Below, piece by piece: positions 60,588-64,000 of a DNA stretch of 64,000 bases (position 1 is its first letter; each line of letters begins with the position of its first letter). The stretch is from an uncultured Spirochaetota bacterium (GTDB taxonomy: Bacteria > Spirochaetota > Spirochaetia > SZUA-6 > Fen-1364): positions 188,646-252,645 of the forward strand of contig CAVUXE010000037.1 of NCBI GenBank assembly GCA_963745235.1, in the 5' to 3' direction. The notes beneath the pieces were generated by a model that saw only the letters and a program-made list of their open reading frames with translations, ran no database searches and was not told the origin of the DNA. A program made the position numbers and the translations under genes.

Positions 60588-60764
60588 ATGACGATTGTCA
60601 GGGACGGAAAGATCGTTGCGTTCTTTCTGGAGGAAGAGATTGTCTGCCTCCCCTGTTCGTCGACGGCGCTGCGGAAAAGCCATGCAATTGAGGACGGCCT
60701 CACCGTCGCTTCAACAGACCACGAGGAGTTTCGTGAGCCTTACCCTTCGGGCGTCTCGGAGTGA
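60588..60764 (+). CDS. Small hypothetical protein with one CxxC, probably truncated near 60740
   Basis: Strong GGAGGAG SD and IVCLPC; its 3' end runs into a palindromic repeat. Confidence 0.4.
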   Translation: MTIVRDGKIVAFFLEEEIVCLPCSSTALRKSHAIEDGLTVASTDHEEFREPYPSGVSE

Positions 60765-60965
60765 CTCTCCCAGAGGGAGAGGGGAGTCTAGCTGTCGGCC
60801 CCTCCCCCAGAGGGAGAGGGGAAGCACGGGCGGCGGCCCGCAACACGTCGGCCTCCAGGATGCGTCCGTTAGGACCGCTGCCCGCACAGGCGGCGGCGTC
60901 GATGCCCGCTCGCCGCATCGCCCGGCGGGCGCGGGGAGAAATCGGATGCCGGCGGTGGTTTTCAT
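60700..60965 (-). pseudogene. N-terminal fragment of a 2-oxoacid dehydrogenase E2 (peripheral subunit-binding domain only)
   Basis: [33 protein letters not shown]; I found no acyltransferase domain following in any frame. Confidence 0.65.
60765..60821. repeat. Two copies of a REP-like palindrome CTCYCCC-AGA-GGGAGAG(GGG)
   Basis: CTCTCCCAGAGGGAGAGGGG (60765-60784) and CCCCTCCCCCAGAGGGAGAGGGG (60799-60821). Confidence 0.75.
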
Positions 60966-61023
60966 GGATCGTGATTCGTGGCTCGCAGCTGTGCGAAACC
61001 GCAAGCGGTTTTTCCAATCCCCT

Positions 61024-61049
61024 ATCTCAAATCTCAAATCTCAAATCTC
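61024..61049. repeat. Heptamer tandem repeat (ATCTCAA)x3 plus a partial copy
   Basis: ATCTCAA ATCTCAA ATCTCAA ATCTC, overlapping the stop codon of the E1 fusion gene. Confidence 0.85.
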
Positions 61050-63496
61050 TGATTTGCCTGTATGGTCCCCAGTTGTTGTCCGAGCGGGACAACGGCGCCC
61101 GCGTCGGCGAGGATTTCCACCAGAACGCCGTCGGCCGGCGATTCGACGTTCGTGACGGCCTTGTCGGTTTCGATTTCCAGCAGCGCCTCGCCCTTGCGGA
61201 CCGGTTCGCCGAGCTTCTTCAGCCAGGCGACGACCGTGGCCTCGGTGATGATCAGGTCCATGTTGGGCATGATCACCGGCACGCCGGCGTGGGCGGCCGC
61301 GCGCACTCGCCGCCGGCCGCTTTCGCGGTCGCGGCGCGAGCGGCGGTCGGACGGCTGCGCCTGCGGCCGATCGCCGTCTCTGCCGGTCCCTGCGCGAGAC
61401 GCGGCGCAGCGATGGGCATGCAGCCCACGGCGCGGTGCTGGATGCGGCGGCCGGCCGTCGAGCACGGCCCGGGCCGCCGCGACGATCTTCTCGACGCTGG
61501 CCGATAACGGCGTCTTCCAGCACCGGGCTGAACGGGTGGGACACCGGATCGGTGTGCAACCGGCCGACCGGCGCGTCCAGCTCGTCGAAGGCCTGTTCCA
61601 TGACGACGGCGGCGATTTCGGCCCCCACGCCGCACATCGAGTAGGCCTCGTCGACCACCAGCAGCCGGCCCGTCTTGGCCACGCTGGCCACGATCGTCTC
61701 GACATCCAGCGGCACGATGGTGCGCAGGTCGATGACTTCGCAGGAGATGCCTTGCGCGGCCAACTGCTCGGCCGCCTCCAGCGAGCGGCGCAGCCACAGG
61801 CCGCAGGAGACGATCGTCAGATCGGTTCCCTGGCGCACGACGTTGGCCTGGCCGAAGGGGATGTAAGTGCTCGCCCACCGGCACCGGCCCCTTGACCGAC
61901 AAGAGCGACTTGTGTTCCAGGAAGATCACCGGATCGCTGGCCCGCAAGGCCGTCTTCATCAGCCCCTTGGCGTCGGCCGGATTGGAGGGCACGACGACGA
62001 TCAGGCCGGGGCAATGGGCCCAGACGGGATAGTACGATGCCGCTGTGGTGCGGGCCGGCGTTCTTGACCGTCCCCACGCCGGCGCGAACGACCATCGGCA
62101 CCGACACCTGGCCGTTGCTCATGTAGCGGAGCTTGGCGGCCTGGAGCACGATCTGGCTGGCGGCCTCGAAGAGGAAATCGGCCAACATCAGGTCGGCCAC
62201 GGCCCGGCAGCCGGTGGCCGAGGCGCCGATCGCGGCCCCGGTGAAGCCCAGTTCGCAGATGGGCGTGTCGATCATGCGGCCGCCGCCGAACTCCTTGAAC
62301 AGGTTCTTGGTGTGCCCGAAGCTGCCGCCGCGCTCGCCGGTGCCTTCGCCGAAATAGATGATGTGCGGATCGCGGCGCATCTCCTCGGCAATGCCGTCGC
62401 GCACGGCGTCCATCCAGCTCTGAACCACGGTCTCGCGCCGGCTTGGCGCTGGGGTCGGCGTAGCCAGCGGCGGATTGATCGGCTCGGCCCAGATGTGGCC
62501 GAGGCCGTGGCCGGATCGGGCTGCGGCGACTGGCGGGCGAAATCGGCCGCCTCTTGGATCACCTCGTCCACTTCGTCCTCGATCGCGCTTCAACTCGGCT
62601 TCGGTGGCGTTGCTCCGATTCCAGCAGGAAGCGGCGGAAGTTCACGATCGGATCAGCGCTTGACCCAGGCAGTCCCACTCCTCCTGCGTGCGGTACCAGC
62701 CGATCACCGGGTCGCCTTCCTGGTGGCCGACCATGCGATAGGTCAGCGATTCGATCAGCGTCGGCCCCTCGCCGGCGCGGGCCCGGCCGACCGCCTCGCC
62801 CGCCGCCTGCCACACCGCCAGCACGTCGTTGCCGTCGACGCGGACGCCGGGAAAGCCGTAGGCGGCCGCCTTGCTGGCGATGTTGGTGTTGCGCGTGGCC
62901 ATCGCCAGCGGCGTCGCCGTGGCATAGAGATTGTTCTCGCAGACGAAGACCACGGGCGCGTTCTGGATGCCGGCGAAATTGAGCGATTCGTGGAACGCGC
63001 CGTGGTTGGTCGCCCCGTCGCCGAAGAAGGCCACGGCCACCTGGTCGGTGCCGCGGATCTTGGCGCTGATGGCCAGGCCGACGGCCGACGGGAATGCCGC
63101 CGGCCACGATGCCGTTGGTTCCGAACAGTCCGACCGACGGCATGTAGACGTGCATGGTGCCGCCGCGGCCGCCGCTGCAGCCGGTGGCCTTGCCGGCCAA
63201 TTCCGCCAACACGATCTTGGGCGGCACGCCCTTGGCCAGCGCATGGCCGTGTCCGCGATGCGTGCTGGTGATCCAGTCGTCCGGCCGGAGATGCGCCATG
63301 ACGCCCACGGCCGTGGCTTCCTCGCCGATGTAGAGGTGGGCGAAGCCGGGCAGCTCGCGGTTGCGCAGCATGATCTGCACGGTCTTCTCGAACTGGCGAA
63401 TCAGAACATCCCGCGATACAGATCGAGCATGTCCTTCGGGAACGGTCGCCGGTGGCGGGTCCTGGTGGGGGGAGGCGGTATTGGACTCTGGGACAC
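61034..63496 (-). CDS. Fused E1alpha-E1beta-lipoyl 2-oxoacid/acetoin dehydrogenase component; many frameshifts in this sequence
   Basis: E1a: [34 protein letters not shown]1b: [32 protein letters not shown]. Lipoyl: EIETDKA. Pieces lie in successive ORF fragments. Confidence 0.8.
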
Positions 63497-63758
63497 TTTC
63501 GTATTTCCCCCGGAAAATCAAGGGGTGGCGCCGGGCTCGGCACGGTTGCCTCGACTGCGCCTTACTTATTCAGCGACGATTGTCTGCCGCACGACGCAGC
63601 AACGACGGCCGCCACCACGCAAATTCACCTGAAGAATTCGGCAGGAGCCTTAGTTTCAGGTTTTTTGCAGGGCCCTTGCATGTTGATCGAGTCGATTATG
63701 ATACTACAATTAGTGCCTGTCAAGAGAGCAGCCGAGATTAGCAGAAAGGCGAACCGAC

Positions 63759-64000
63759 GTGATACGTGCCGTGAAAACCACGCAGCCGCCGGATCAGCCA
63801 ATCACTGCGCAGCTCCGCAAACACATCATTGATGAAGGGCTCAATGGGATACTCCGTTCACTGAACAGGAGATGATCGAGCGGTTCGGCGTGACCTATGG
63901 GTGGTCTGCGAGGCTACCAAGCCATGGATTTTTCCGGGCATCATCAATACCTGCTTCGCCGGGGAACAATACGTAATTCTGAACCAAAGGCGACCACAGC
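63759..64000 (+). CDS. GntR/FadR-family regulator N-terminus, error-ridden, running off the right edge
   Basis: Frame-hopping translation gives ITAQLRKHIIDEGL...FTEQEMIERFGV...EATK...GII...RRGT; divergent from the E1 fusion. Confidence 0.5.

Noticed and set aside
60765-61049. CRISPR array
   Set aside because: Only two palindrome copies about 14 nt apart plus a 7-mer tandem; no spacer periodicity and no cas genes.

Overview
High-GC bacterial DNA with about 50 protein-coding genes. I saw no rRNA, tRNA, CRISPR array or transposase. Positions 1-17.6 kb hold a PleD-like diguanylate cyclase, pdxR-pdxS-pdxT, a PilZ protein, a double-length UvrA, a radical SAM/SPASM enzyme, MarC, an amidohydrolase, a GNAT, a GGDEF protein and an ankyrin protein. 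Positions 17.7-55.3 kb are dominated by nucleobase catabolism: a tightly coupled purine/ureide operon (allE, ilvC-like, allC, uraD, uricase, uraH, allB), a DUF3311/SSS transporter, a single-chain xanthine dehydrogenase, preT-preA-hydA, an ammonium transporter, a second (selenium-dependent-type) Mo-hydroxylase and a nucleoside ABC importer behind a sigma54 promoter. metE and a YitJ-like gene are interspersed. The best candidate for an undescribed function is a ketol-acid reductoisomerase paralogue with a remodelled active site. It sits directly after allE, exactly where a ureidoglycolate-consuming enzyme is missing. Also notable are a PdxR-like regulator whose PLP Schiff-base Lys is Glu, a CHASE diguanylate cyclase divergent from xdh, and several apparently leaderless genes. 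Ten genes' worth of breaks left of 58.5 kb are each repaired by removing one base, which I read as sequencing error. From about 60.74 kb the sequence changes character (truncated genes on both sides, new repeats, many indels), suggesting a chimeric join. All product calls come from motif recognition by eye; no database search was run.
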